A stretch of 32,000 nucleotides of DNA from Candidatus Saccharimonadota bacterium (GCA_021654395.1 AP024486.1:120001-152000); one strand, 5' to 3'; numbered from the stretch's first letter, positions 17,090-26,482 are shown. Numbers and translations: made by a program. The notes: generated by a model not told the origin, from the letters alone.

Positions 17090-17311
17090 ATGGCAGATGA
17101 GAGTAGAGGTTATCTATCTGAGGTAATTGATGTAGAGAGATCATTTAAGACAGGAGCGTACGGTGAGGTATATATAGTATCTTGCAGAGTACTAGAAGGG
17201 AGCGATAAGGGTAGAATAATAAAGGTAAATATAGTTGGACCTATAAAGAAAGGAGACTTAGTAAGACTATCAACAACAAGCAGAGAAGCAAGAGACATTA
17301 AACCAAAGTGA
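17090..17311 (+). CDS. rps28e: 30S ribosomal protein S28e
   Basis: 'GEVYIVSCRVLEGSDKGRIIKVNIVGPIKKGDLVRLSTTSREARDIK' fits the S28e pattern. ATG 17090; an alternative GTG at 17081 overlaps the L7Ae stop. Confidence 0.9.
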   Translation: MADESRGYLSEVIDVERSFKTGAYGEVYIVSCRVLEGSDKGRIIKVNIVGPIKKGDLVRLSTTSREARDIKPK

Positions 17312-17318
17312 TAGCTAT

Positions 17319-17483
17319 ATGAAGTGCAACTTCTGCAATACTGATATAAGAAAAGGCACAGGTCTGATGTATGTAGCTAGGAATGGTAAGACATTTGTAT
17401 ACTGCTCTAGCAGATGCTATAAGTACGATAGAGTATACAAAAGAAAGATAAACAAGAAGCTCCTTAATGAAAGATCTAAGTAG
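17319..17483 (+). CDS. rpl24e: 50S ribosomal protein L24e
   Basis: Not in the ORF track (54 aa): 'MKCNFCNTDIRKGTGLMYVARNGKTFVYCSSRCYKYDRVYKRKINKKLLNERSK'. It has the CxxC...CSSxC zinc-ribbon pattern of L24e and completes the conserved L7Ae-S28e-L24e cluster. Confidence 0.88.
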   Translation: MKCNFCNTDIRKGTGLMYVARNGKTFVYCSSRCYKYDRVYKRKINKKLLNERSK

Positions 17484-17787
17484 ATTCTTTAGGGATTCTT
17501 TTAATCGCTTTGCTTTTTATAGAAGAGGTATATACTGTATATAATCTTATACTATTTCCGTTTAGCTTTCTTATTAATGATGTAGCCAATATTATACTTT
17601 TTATGAACTTACTTCTAGCACTTATTATTATATAGCTCTTATCTACTCTCTGAATATTTATATATGAGTCTTTAAAGGCCATAATACCAACTAGGCACGA
17701 TATGCTCTTTGATAATGCAGATATATCCTCTTGAGATAGCTCTTTACTACAGTATACTAGTATATACTGCCTCTTCTCTCTTATCAT
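17476..17787 (-). CDS. rnp2: RNase P protein component 2 (Pop5 homologue)
   Basis: 103 aa. 'IREKRQYILVY' matches the Pop5 N-terminal 'R(D/E)KxRYIxF' pattern, and the C-terminal 'IRLYTVYTSSIKSKAIKRI' resembles 'VSGTIKxxK'. It is adjacent to and overlaps the Rpp30-like gene. Confidence 0.65.
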   Translation of the reverse strand: MIREKRQYILVYCSKELSQEDISALSKSISCLVGIMAFKDSYINIQRVDKSYIIISARSKFIKSIILATSLIRKLNGNSIRLYTVYTSSIKSKAIKRIPKEST

Positions 17788-18311
17788 ATAAAGATCTCTT
17801 TTCTTATAATCTCTCTATTTATCTCTGTTAAGCAGTATCTTGCATAGTCCTCGCTATAACCTATAAATCTTGCGATGCTTATAATCTGCTCTCTTGAAAG
17901 TAGCTTGTCTATACTACTAGCAAAGCTTGCTATACTAACATGAACTCTCTCTTTTAATGCATAGTTATATAAGACCTCATACTTTCTAGCTATTTTTATA
18001 GTATTAACTATCTTATCATCTAATATATTACTTATAGGTATAAACAGTAGTGCATCTTCCTCAAGCGCATACTTTACTATCTTTCTTGGGCTATCTGGAT
18101 TATTTATAACAAATATTCTTATACCTCTCTTGGATAAAGACTTTATCTGATGCGGCTTATCTACAAATGCTATATGGCTTTTATTATCTGGCTCAGCTTT
18201 ATTATATAGATATATGTCCTTGTTTAACCTATAGAAGCTAAGACCTAGTAGCTTAGAGATCTTATCAAAGGCCTTATCATCTATATCAAATATTATATCG
18301 AAGTAGACCAT
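17784..18311 (-). CDS. rnp3: RNase P protein component 3 (Rpp30 homologue)
   Basis: 175 aa. The alternating beta/alpha pattern and the C-terminal 'ASFASSIDKLLSREQIISIARFIGYSEDYARYCL' resemble the Rpp30 TIM-barrel C-terminus. Supported by the 4-nt overlap with the Pop5 partner gene. Shorter than typical Rpp30. Confidence 0.55.
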   Translation of the reverse strand: MVYFDIIFDIDDKAFDKISKLLGLSFYRLNKDIYLYNKAEPDNKSHIAFVDKPHQIKSLSKRGIRIFVINNPDSPRKIVKYALEEDALLFIPISNILDDKIVNTIKIARKYEVLYNYALKERVHVSIASFASSIDKLLSREQIISIARFIGYSEDYARYCLTEINREIIRKEIFI

Positions 18312-19514
18312 TTAAGCACTCGAGAAAAGTACTCTCTCTAAAGCGGACTTTACCTTATCTGAAGGATAGTTAAGCTTTACAAGCTTTGTATGCCCTCTTA
18401 TGCCTTTACTTGATTCAAATGTCTCTATAAGTCCCAGCATACTTAGATCAGATATATACTTTCTGTACCATCTCTCTGATTTATACTGTCTATTTAAGCT
18501 TCTGCATAATGAAACATACTTTTGATATATCTCTCCACTAAATACAAATGTATCATAGCCATCAGTAAGCTTCTTATAGTAGCTACCAGATAATGTAATT
18601 AGAGCTATTGCATATAGTATAATCATCTCATCTTGTGGTAGTGTCTCTATTAGATCATATACTAGATCCTCTTCAACAGACTTTATAGCCTTATCTACGT
18701 CCTCCTGCTCTATCTTGTCTTTATTGGCTGAATCTGCTATCTCTGCTGCCTTTTCTAAGATCTTTAAGGCGTATCTTGCATCTCCTTCCCTTGCTGCCTT
18801 TGCAGCTATTATTCTTAAAAGCTCGTCGCTAATAACATTATCCTTAAATGCCTCCTTTGCTCTCTCGTTTAGTATCTCATAGAGCTCTGTAGCGTCGTAT
18901 GGAGGAAATATGACTTCATTCTCATATAATGAGGATACACTTCTTGGATCTAACTGATCCTTAAAGGAGATCTTGTTTGCTATACCAACTATAGTTAAGC
19001 TACCATATCTAACCTCTGAGTTTATTCTGGTAAAAGTATATATCGTATCATCTAGATCTTTTATTAGATCTATCTCATCAAGTACAACTATAAGCTTCTT
19101 ATCTGTATCCGATATCCATGATACAAGTCTTTCATAGAACTCAGAGGAGCCGATTCCTCTCTTTGAGTAGTAAGGCATATGATCCTTTATTATCTTACTT
19201 AGTACTTTGTGCTTTGAAGAGTAGATTCTGCAGTTTATATAAGAGGTTGCTATAGAGGGATCATTTAGATCCTTAAGCTGCTTAAGCACATATAGTATAC
19301 AAGAGGTTTTACCAGTTCCTGTCTTGCCATATATAAAAACATTTCTACCTTTTTGGCCTTTTATAGCTGGAGCTAATGCATTAACGACCTGCTTTATCTG
19401 ATTATCTCTGTAAAGCAGCTTCTCTGGTATATAATGAGGAGATAAGACCTCATGATTCTTGAATATCTTAGAATCTTTAAGCAGATCTAGGAATGGGTTA
19501 CCTTTATCATTCAT
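18312..19514 (-). CDS. cdc6: Orc1/Cdc6 replication initiator
   Basis: 400 aa. 'LLYRDNQIKQVVNALAPAIKGQKGRNVFIYGKTGTGKTS' (Walker A), 'IVVLDEIDLI' (Walker B), 'GDARYALKILEKA' (sensor 2), and a C-terminal winged helix. Confidence 0.93.
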   Translation of the reverse strand: MNDKGNPFLDLLKDSKIFKNHEVLSPHYIPEKLLYRDNQIKQVVNALAPAIKGQKGRNVFIYGKTGTGKTSCILYVLKQLKDLNDPSIATSYINCRIYSSKHKVLSKIIKDHMPYYSKRGIGSSEFYERLVSWISDTDKKLIVVLDEIDLIKDLDDTIYTFTRINSEVRYGSLTIVGIANKISFKDQLDPRSVSSLYENEVIFPPYDATELYEILNERAKEAFKDNVISDELLRIIAAKAAREGDARYALKILEKAAEIADSANKDKIEQEDVDKAIKSVEEDLVYDLIETLPQDEMIILYAIALITLSGSYYKKLTDGYDTFVFSGEIYQKYVSLCRSLNRQYKSERWYRKYISDLSMLGLIETFESSKGIRGHTKLVKLNYPSDKVKSALERVLFSSA

Positions 19515-19607
19515 GAAGTATCTAAATTTATTATTTTTAGATAAACATATAAATATGCTACATTGTATTAAAAGTAAAGCTTACTAGTAAAGACCTTAAC
19601 AAATTAT

Positions 19608-20771
19608 CTAATCAGCCCCCATATCTTCATTAAGTATATTGTATCTATCTATTAAGCTTTCTATATCTACCTCTTGATTAGTCATTATAGATCTTGCCAT
19701 CTCCTTAGCAGTTATCTTATTTAATCTCTCACGCATAGGCATTATCTTCTTTACTATCTCCTCATAAAGCATCTTCTTTATATCTCCGCTCAACAGCTTT
19801 CCTGACTTGTATTCTTTATATAGCTGCTCCCCTTGCTCCTTGTCATAAAATAGATACTTAAGATATATGTATGCTATATCTATCTCTGGTACCCCGCCTA
19901 GCTTTCTATGCTCTTCTACAGTTGGTCTACCACCACTAAATGCATGCATAATCTTTCTTTTTATATCTTCTAGAGAGTCATTTAGTATGTATATTGCATT
20001 GCCTTTAGACTTAGACATCTTCTGACCATCTACACCAGGAAGAAATCTTATATGCAAAACGCTAGGCTTCTCATAACCGAACTTTTCGGCTATATCTCTA
20101 CATGCTCTTAGATGCGTATCCTCATCTAAGCCTATTGGTACTAGAACATTCTTTATGCCAATTGTCTGCGGTAATAAGACGTGTGCAGATTGAACAGCTG
20201 GATAGAATGTTAATCCGATATTGTCTGAATCCTTATAGTCGTATATAGCTTTTACTGTTGTTATATTTATTGCTCTTGATAGCTTTATCGCCATATTATA
20301 CACATTTGTATATATCTGATCTATTACGAAAAAGGTCTTATCTGGATCGAAGCCATAAGCCAAAGCCTCCTTTACTATTCTTAATGCGTTTCTTAGGCCT
20401 ATCTCTTGGCTCTCTATCTTCCTTGCTACATAGCTCTCATCATCAGATATAGGAAAGTATAGATTAAGACCATACTCTTTCTGGAAGAATAGCGCAGTAT
20501 CAAAAACTACAGTATGACCTAGATGAAAGACACCACTTGCATTTAAGCCAGTAACCAAAGCACTCTTCTCTTTATTTCTAAGTGCAGTATAGAACTTATC
20601 AAAATCTCTGTGAGATGTTAATGCGCCATTTCTGAAGAATTTAAGATCCGGCTTATCTTTAAGATCCTCTATCTTAGATGCGCCAAATGATAATATTAAT
20701 TTATCTTTATCCTCTTCAAGTCTTCTTAGCCCCTTCTCTACCTTTGATATATCCGAATCTGTATTATCCAT
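19608..20771 (-). CDS. trpS: tryptophan--tRNA ligase (archaeal/eukaryotic type)
   Basis: HIGH 'GVFHLGH' and 'KMSKSKGN'. TrpRS-specific blocks 'PISDDESYVARK', 'GFDPDKTFFVIDQIY' and 'VKAIYDYKDSDNIGLTFYPAVQSA' parallel human TrpRS 'MTDDEKYLW', 'GFDINKTFIFSDLDY' and '[24 protein letters not shown]'. Confidence 0.9.
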   Translation of the reverse strand: MDNTDSDISKVEKGLRRLEEDKDKLILSFGASKIEDLKDKPDLKFFRNGALTSHRDFDKFYTALRNKEKSALVTGLNASGVFHLGHTVVFDTALFFQKEYGLNLYFPISDDESYVARKIESQEIGLRNALRIVKEALAYGFDPDKTFFVIDQIYTNVYNMAIKLSRAINITTVKAIYDYKDSDNIGLTFYPAVQSAHVLLPQTIGIKNVLVPIGLDEDTHLRACRDIAEKFGYEKPSVLHIRFLPGVDGQKMSKSKGNAIYILNDSLEDIKRKIMHAFSGGRPTVEEHRKLGGVPEIDIAYIYLKYLFYDKEQGEQLYKEYKSGKLLSGDIKKMLYEEIVKKIMPMRERLNKITAKEMARSIMTNQEVDIESLIDRYNILNEDMGAD

Positions 20772-21109
20772 CTAGCTTCACTTTAATAAGTATACTATTA
20801 ATATTGATAAGAAAAATCTTTATTATAGATAATTCTATAGGAGATATTACCAATATATATAATATAACTTTATTATGCCTTTTGTCCGATCTGCTTATTT
20901 ATCTTTATATATCTATTTATAGGGTTTAGAAACAGCTTTATATAGAAAGGCTTAAATACATTATTAGATTAATGATAGAGTATAATATTAGAATACTTTT
21001 TAAACTTAGCTCATTTAAATTAGATTTAGCTAAATATTTTAAATAATATCTTATATTAAAGATCAATTATACAATTATCTTTAAGCTATAATGCTAAAGG
21101 TGTATAGAT

Positions 21110-22408
21110 ATGGCAGAAAAGCCACACTTAAACATAATCTTCATAGGCCATGTAGACCACGGAAAGTCAACAACAGTAGGTAGAGTACTATATGAAACAG
21201 GAAAGATAGATGATAGAGCATTACAGAAGTATAAAGAAGAAGCGCAGAAGTATAATAAGCCAACATTTGAATTTGCATTCGTAATGGATGCATTAAAAGA
21301 AGAAAGAGAAAGAGGAATAACAATAGATATTGCACATAAAGACTTTGAAACTAATAAGTATCACTTTACAGTAATTGATGCTCCGGGCCACAGAGACTTT
21401 GTCAAGAATATGATAACAGGTGCAAGCCAAGCAGATGCAGCAGTATTAGTAGTAAGCTCAGTAGATGGACCAATGGCACAGACACAGGAGCATGCAATAT
21501 TAGCAAGCGTATTAGGAATAAAGCAGATAATACTTGGATTAAACAAGGTAGATGCTATAAATTATGATAAGGCAAAGTACGAAGAGGTAAAGAACAAGGT
21601 ATTAAATCTACTTAAAACATTAGGTTATAAAGAAGCAAAGGATGCTAAGGGCAATGAACCAAGGATAGTTGCAGTCGTACCATATTCAGCCTTAAAAGGA
21701 GATAATGTAAAAACGAAGTCAAGCAATACCCCATGGTACGATGGTCCAACATTATTAGAGGCTTTGGATCTACTTAATATACCACCAAAGCCAGTAGATA
21801 AGCCATTGAGGATACCAATACAAGATGTTTACTCTATACAAGGATTTGGAACAGTACCTGTCGGTAGAGTAGAGTCCGGAGTATTAAAGCCAGGAGACAA
21901 GATAGTGATAATGCCAAGTAAGATAACAACAGAAGTTAAGAGTATAGAGATGCACCACCAGCCATTGCAGAAGGCAGAGCCAGGAGACAATATAGGATTT
22001 AATATAAAGGATGTTACTAGAGATCAGATAAAGAGAGGAGATGTTGTAGGCCCATCGAGCAACCCGCCAACAGTAGCAGAGAGCTTTACGGCACAAGTTG
22101 TAATATTACAGCATCCGAATGTTATAGCTGCAGGTTATACTCCAGTATTACATATACATACAGCACAAGTAGCATGCAAGTTTGAGCATATACTTGAAAA
22201 GAAAGATAGACAGACAGGCCAGACATTAGAGAAGGATCCACAATCAATTAAGACAGGAGATATCGCAATAGTTAAGATGAGGCCAATGAAGCCAGTAGTA
22301 GTTGAGAAGTATACAGACTTCCCAGCATTAGGTAGATTTGCAATAAGAGATATGGGTATGACAATAGGTGCAGGAATAGTTATAGATGTAACACCTCTAT
22401 CACAATGA
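21110..22408 (+). CDS. tuf: translation elongation factor EF-1 alpha
   Basis: 'KPHLNIIFIGHVDHGKST', 'DAPGHRDF', 'NKVD', 'RFAIRDMGMTIGAG'. AGGTG lies 7 nt upstream of the ATG. Confidence 0.98.
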   Translation: MAEKPHLNIIFIGHVDHGKSTTVGRVLYETGKIDDRALQKYKEEAQKYNKPTFEFAFVMDALKEERERGITIDIAHKDFETNKYHFTVIDAPGHRDFVKNMITGASQADAAVLVVSSVDGPMAQTQEHAILASVLGIKQIILGLNKVDAINYDKAKYEEVKNKVLNLLKTLGYKEAKDAKGNEPRIVAVVPYSALKGDNVKTKSSNTPWYDGPTLLEALDLLNIPPKPVDKPLRIPIQDVYSIQGFGTVPVGRVESGVLKPGDKIVIMPSKITTEVKSIEMHHQPLQKAEPGDNIGFNIKDVTRDQIKRGDVVGPSSNPPTVAESFTAQVVILQHPNVIAAGYTPVLHIHTAQVACKFEHILEKKDRQTGQTLEKDPQSIKTGDIAIVKMRPMKPVVVEKYTDFPALGRFAIRDMGMTIGAGIVIDVTPLSQ

Positions 22409-22413
22409 TGTAG

Positions 22414-22719
22414 ATGCGCGCTTTCATAAAGCTAGCTAGTACAGATTATAAGGCAATATACAGTATAGCTAACAATATAAAGAACATAGCAGCCTCATTT
22501 AAACTTAAATTTTCTGGTCCAATCCCATTTCCAACAAAAGTTATAAAACATACGACAAGGAGGGCTCCAAATGGAGATGGAAGCAAGACTTATGAGTATT
22601 GGATTATGAAGATACACAAGATAATGATAGTAATAGACGGAGATGAGCAGGCATTTAGGCAGATACTTAGAATACCAGTACCAGATAACGTGCAGATTGA
22701 GATAAATCTATCTTCTTAA
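22414..22719 (+). CDS. rps10: 30S ribosomal protein S10
   Basis: 101 aa starting 5 nt after tuf, the conserved tuf-rps10 pair. 'FSGPIPFPTK...RRAPNGDGSKTYEYWIMKIHKIMIVIDGDEQAFRQILRIPVPDNVQIEI'. Confidence 0.93.
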   Translation: MRAFIKLASTDYKAIYSIANNIKNIAASFKLKFSGPIPFPTKVIKHTTRRAPNGDGSKTYEYWIMKIHKIMIVIDGDEQAFRQILRIPVPDNVQIEINLSS

Positions 22720-22721
22720 TA

Positions 22722-22727
22722 TTTTTT
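22722..22727 (+). terminator. oligo-T tract after tuf-rps10
   Basis: A T6 run lies 3 nt after the rps10 TAA. It overlaps the stop of the convergent M20 peptidase gene. Confidence 0.3.
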
Positions 22728-23922
22728 AAGATCTTACTAGTTCTATAAATGTTTTAATATCCTCTATAAGGTTCTTTATTACTATATACTCATTTGGCTG
22801 ATGTGCTACATCTTCTCCAGTTCCATAGACAACTGCATCGAATCCTGCATTTCTCAAGAAGCCCGCACATGTTCCTCCACCTATTCCAACGAGCTTTGGC
22901 TCTATAGATCTCGTTTTCTTTATCGCCTCGGTTAAGCTCCTTACAAGCTCTGAATTCTGATTAACATACGATGCGTTAGAGTCATTTACTATCTCTAGCT
23001 CTATCTTTACTCCAATCTCATTCGCTACTTTCTTGATCTCCTCTATTATATCCTCTCTCTTGTAATCTGGTAGATATCTGCAGTCTATATAAAACACATT
23101 CTTACCGGGTATTATATTTATACTATCTGTATTCTGCTCTATCTTAGTAGGCTCAAATGTAGAGATCTCTGGATCAAACAGCTTACTCCTTTTATTAAAC
23201 CTTTCGTGTAATCTTATATATAGGCTATTTATCAGCTTTGACATTAGAAGGGTTGCATTTAAGCCTTTATCTGGAGTACTTGCATGAACCTGCTGCCCTA
23301 TAACAGATACCTTGAGCCAGAGTATGCCTTTCTCAGCAATCTCTATAATGTCTCCTCTCTCTGTCCACCAATCAGGCACTACGAATAAAGAATCCCTCTT
23401 GAATATATTATCTTGAATAAGCTTCTGTATTCCATACTTGCTGCCAAGCTCCTCATCTGCCGCAAATAGAGCCTTTACATTATATTTAGCTTCCAATGAG
23501 CTCTCCTTTAGATATCTAAGCGTATATAACGAAGCCATTACTCCATGGCCATCATCTAAGCTACCTCTACCATATAGCTTATCCTCTTTACTATCATAAA
23601 AGGCTTTGAAAGGATCTCTCTCCCAAGATTTAATGTCTCCAGGAGCTACAGTATCTATATGCCCTATTAGATACAGATCTCTCTTTTTACTATCTAAGCG
23701 ATCTCTATCATAAGCTACTATATTTACTCTATCAAAGCCCATATCATCTTTATATCTATATACGTCATAGCCTAGCTTATACTTGTCTAAGATACTCATT
23801 ATAAGCTCTGCTCTCTTTGCCTCGCCCTCGCCATTAGATAATGGAGAGATCGCCGGTACCTCTATTATAGATGAAAGATCTCTTACTATCTCTGACTTAT
23901 ATTCAATAATATCTTTAGCCAT
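22726..23922 (-). CDS. M20 family metallopeptidase/deacylase (ArgE/DapE-like)
   Basis: 398 aa. 'LIGHIDTVAPGD', 'GRGSLDDGHG', 'AADEELGSKYG' and 'AHQPNEY' are the M20 metal-ligand blocks. Confidence 0.8.
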   Translation of the reverse strand: MAKDIIEYKSEIVRDLSSIIEVPAISPLSNGEGEAKRAELIMSILDKYKLGYDVYRYKDDMGFDRVNIVAYDRDRLDSKKRDLYLIGHIDTVAPGDIKSWERDPFKAFYDSKEDKLYGRGSLDDGHGVMASLYTLRYLKESSLEAKYNVKALFAADEELGSKYGIQKLIQDNIFKRDSLFVVPDWWTERGDIIEIAEKGILWLKVSVIGQQVHASTPDKGLNATLLMSKLINSLYIRLHERFNKRSKLFDPEISTFEPTKIEQNTDSINIIPGKNVFYIDCRYLPDYKREDIIEEIKKVANEIGVKIELEIVNDSNASYVNQNSELVRSLTEAIKKTRSIEPKLVGIGGGTCAGFLRNAGFDAVVYGTGEDVAHQPNEYIVIKNLIEDIKTFIELVRS

Positions 23923-24014
23923 GATTCTATTTAAGTAAGAAAGTAATTTAATACTACTATATAAGGTTTATATCTTACTATATTTAATAGATTTGATAAT
24001 CTAAAGACAATTAG

Positions 24015-24740
24015 ATGAACGATATAGACTTAACTATAATACTCCCTGTAAAGAATCAAGAAGAGAATATTAGAAAGAATATGAATAGCATAATAGATTA
24101 TGCTAAAAGGAGAGATATAAAGCTGATAGCTGTAGAGAATGATTCCAGAGATAGATCTCTAAAGCTATTGGAGGAGTATAGAAATGCTAATGTTGAAGTC
24201 CTAGATCTAATAACTTATAAGAATGGTAAGGGCAAGGGTGAAGCAATTAAGAGAGGCATACTTGCAGCTACTACAAAGTATGCTGCTTTTATGGATATAG
24301 ATCTCTCTGTCCCTTTATCATACTCTGACGATGCAATAGCGCTTCTTGATAGGTATGATATTATTATAGGAGATAGATACTCTAATAGAGCAACAAGAAG
24401 GAAGCTGAATAGGCTTGTTGAAAGTAAAGTATATAATGGAATTGTTAGGGCTCTATTTAATACAGAGATTGATGATCATCAATGCGGCTTTAAGTTCTTT
24501 AATAGAGAGAAGATAGCTAAGCTAATAAGATATGTAAAGGATGATAGATGGTTCTTTGATACAGAGCTTTTAGTACTTGCTAGGAGATTAGATCTTAGTA
24601 TATATCAGCTGCCAGTTAGCTACTCAGATACATCAAGCTCAACTCTATCCTCTTTTGATATGGTATACTTCTTAAAGAGCATTATAGAATTTAAGATTAG
24701 ATTGGGTAAAACTTTATGTGATATAAGATCTAATGTATGA
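24015..24740 (+). CDS. family 2 glycosyltransferase, dolichyl/polyprenyl-phosphate sugar synthase-like
   Basis: 241 aa. 'LTIILPVKNQEENI', 'IAVENDSRDRS', 'KGKGEAIKRG', 'AFMDIDLS' (DxD), 'HQCGFKFF'. Confidence 0.8.
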   Translation: MNDIDLTIILPVKNQEENIRKNMNSIIDYAKRRDIKLIAVENDSRDRSLKLLEEYRNANVEVLDLITYKNGKGKGEAIKRGILAATTKYAAFMDIDLSVPLSYSDDAIALLDRYDIIIGDRYSNRATRRKLNRLVESKVYNGIVRALFNTEIDDHQCGFKFFNREKIAKLIRYVKDDRWFFDTELLVLARRLDLSIYQLPVSYSDTSSSTLSSFDMVYFLKSIIEFKIRLGKTLCDIRSNV

Positions 24741-24780
24741 TATATAAATTTCTTTATATAAATACATATCATAAATAAGT

Positions 24781-24797
24781 TATAAAAGCTTTAAACT
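24781..24797 (+). promoter_or_regulatory. BRE/TATA-like box upstream of the GGR-like gene
   Basis: 'TATAAAAGCTTTAAACT' begins 47 nt upstream of ATG 24828. The first 14 nt are identical to 27841-27854. GGTG lies 7 nt upstream of the ATG. Confidence 0.4.
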
Positions 24798-24827
24798 AAT
24801 TAAAGCATTCTATTATGGTGCAACGTT

Positions 24828-26282
24828 ATGGAGGATTATGATATAATAGTTGCTGGAGCAGGCATGGCAGGATTAACCTCTGCTATAACAGCAGCGAAGA
24901 ATGGTGCAAAGGTACTTCTATTAGATAGAAATAAAGAGGAGGAACCAGGAAAGAAAACAAACTGGGGTTGGATATGTGGAGATGCTGTTGCAAAGGTACA
25001 TCTAGAAAGACTAATGAAAGCAACAGGCATAAGTCTAGACTATCCAGAGCTAAATAATAAGATAAATGCTGTTGTAGCCTATTCGCCAGATATGGAAAAG
25101 AGCTTCGCGTTTGAAGGAGAGGGCTATGCTCTTAATAGACCGTTATTCGAAAGGAAGCTTAGAGACTATGCTATAAAGCTTGGTGTTGAGTATATACCAG
25201 AGTTTGAGGTTGAAGGGCCTATAATAGAGAATAACTATGTTGTGGGCGTATTTGGAAAGGATAAGAATAAAGAGCATAAGACATTTAGAGCAAAGATAGT
25301 AATAGATGCGCTTGGAATAGCAACAACATTAAGAAGAAGACTACCAGATAATGAATTTGTAAGCAATAAGCACGTAGATGTTGATGATCTAGAGTCCACA
25401 GGAAGATTTCTATTTAAGGCTAAGATTAAGTATAATGATGAAAGATACTATAGTAAAGATAAGGCAATAATACATCTAAATCAGCTTATAGCACCTGGAG
25501 GGTATGGTTGGGTATTTCCTAAGAGCAACAATGTTGTAAATATAGGTATAGGTGTGCAAAAGAAGAGCTTAGAGATCTATAATACAAAGCTAAATAAGAA
25601 AGAGACCTTACATAGCTTAATGAGCAAATATGCTAAAGAGCTACCAGTATTTGAAGCGTTAGAGCCTTATGATGAGGAGTTTAATAATAAAGGAGTTGGA
25701 TATTGGTCAGTAAGTGTAAAAAGACAGTTTGAGAGCCTAGTATTTAATGGATACATGTGTGTTGGAGATAGTGCTACAATGCCTAATCCTTTAAGTGCTG
25801 GTGGAATAGGACCTGCTATAACAGGCGGTGTTATATGCGGAGCTGATGCAGCAGAGGCCATAAAGAACAATGATTTCAGCGTCAAGGGCTTGTGGAAGTA
25901 TAACCTAGATTTTAATGAGGCTTATGGAAATAAGACTGCAGGCTTAGAGGCCTTCAGAATATATCTGCAATCACTTAACAATGACCTATTAAACTATGGA
26001 ATGAAAGTATTTGTTGATGCAGCTGGAGCAGAGGCATTGGCTTATGGAAATATAGACGATGAAGGAGATAGTGCAATTAAGACAGTAGTTAAGGCAGTTA
26101 TAAGCGGATCAAGCAACTTAAGGGCTTTCAAGAATCTTATATATACTGTAAGGAAGATGCGTAAGCTAAATGGCTTATATAATAGATATCCGAAAGATTA
26201 TAAGAGATTTGGGATATGGAAAGCTAAGGTAGAATACGAGATAGAGGAAGTTAAGGAGAGATTTAAGCCAAATCCTGTATAA
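24828..26282 (+). CDS. geranylgeranyl reductase family FAD-dependent oxidoreductase
   Basis: 484 aa. 'YDIIVAGAGMAGLTSA' (FAD GxGxxG), 'ICGDAV', 'GGYGWVFP', 'VGDSATMPNPLSAGGIG'. Carries a ~90-aa C-terminal extension relative to the core family. Confidence 0.8.
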   Translation: MEDYDIIVAGAGMAGLTSAITAAKNGAKVLLLDRNKEEEPGKKTNWGWICGDAVAKVHLERLMKATGISLDYPELNNKINAVVAYSPDMEKSFAFEGEGYALNRPLFERKLRDYAIKLGVEYIPEFEVEGPIIENNYVVGVFGKDKNKEHKTFRAKIVIDALGIATTLRRRLPDNEFVSNKHVDVDDLESTGRFLFKAKIKYNDERYYSKDKAIIHLNQLIAPGGYGWVFPKSNNVVNIGIGVQKKSLEIYNTKLNKKETLHSLMSKYAKELPVFEALEPYDEEFNNKGVGYWSVSVKRQFESLVFNGYMCVGDSATMPNPLSAGGIGPAITGGVICGADAAEAIKNNDFSVKGLWKYNLDFNEAYGNKTAGLEAFRIYLQSLNNDLLNYGMKVFVDAAGAEALAYGNIDDEGDSAIKTVVKAVISGSSNLRAFKNLIYTVRKMRKLNGLYNRYPKDYKRFGIWKAKVEYEIEEVKERFKPNPV

Positions 26283-26317
26283 ATCTTAATAAATTTAAAG
26301 CTATCTAAATGATATAT

Positions 26318-26482
26318 ATGGAGTACACAAAGTATGAAAAAGCAGCGATTATAGGAGCAAGAGCGATGCAGCTAGCGTATGGAGCTCCGCCTTTAGTAGA
26401 GGTAAAGGGAGTTATAGATCCATTAGATGTTGCAATCTTAGAGTTTGAGAAAGGCCTAATACCATTTTCAGTAATAAGATAA
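26318..26482 (+). CDS. rpoK: DNA-directed RNA polymerase subunit K (Rpo6)
   Basis: Not in the ORF track (54 aa): 'MEYTKYEKAAIIGARAMQLAYGAPPLVEVKGVIDPLDVAILEFEKGLIPFSVIR'. Almost motif-for-motif like M. jannaschii RpoK ('FEKARIIGARALQIAMGAP...LEFEKGVIPITVIR'). The track instead lists an antisense 65-aa ORF. Confidence 0.92.
   Translation: MEYTKYEKAAIIGARAMQLAYGAPPLVEVKGVIDPLDVAILEFEKGLIPFSVIR

Noticed and set aside
19515-19607. Replication origin immediately upstream of orc1/cdc6
   Set aside because: The gap is only 93 bp and must also hold the cdc6 promoter and the end of trpS. I found only a short direct 'AGTAAAG' duplication (AGTAAAGcttactAGTAAAG) and no convincing ORB-like inverted repeats.
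19608-20771. Alternative call as tyrosyl-tRNA synthetase (because of the KMSKS loop)
   Set aside because: The 'SDDESY', 'GFDPDKTFF' and 'YKDSDNIGLTFYPAVQSA' blocks match the archaeal/eukaryotic TrpRS family rather than TyrRS ('LADLHA'-type) sequences.
20678-20929. 83-aa plus-strand ORF spanning the trpS 5' end and the intergenic region
   Set aside because: It overlaps the trpS start antisense and continues into extremely A/T-rich non-coding DNA. The product is Ile/Leu/Tyr low-complexity with no start context.
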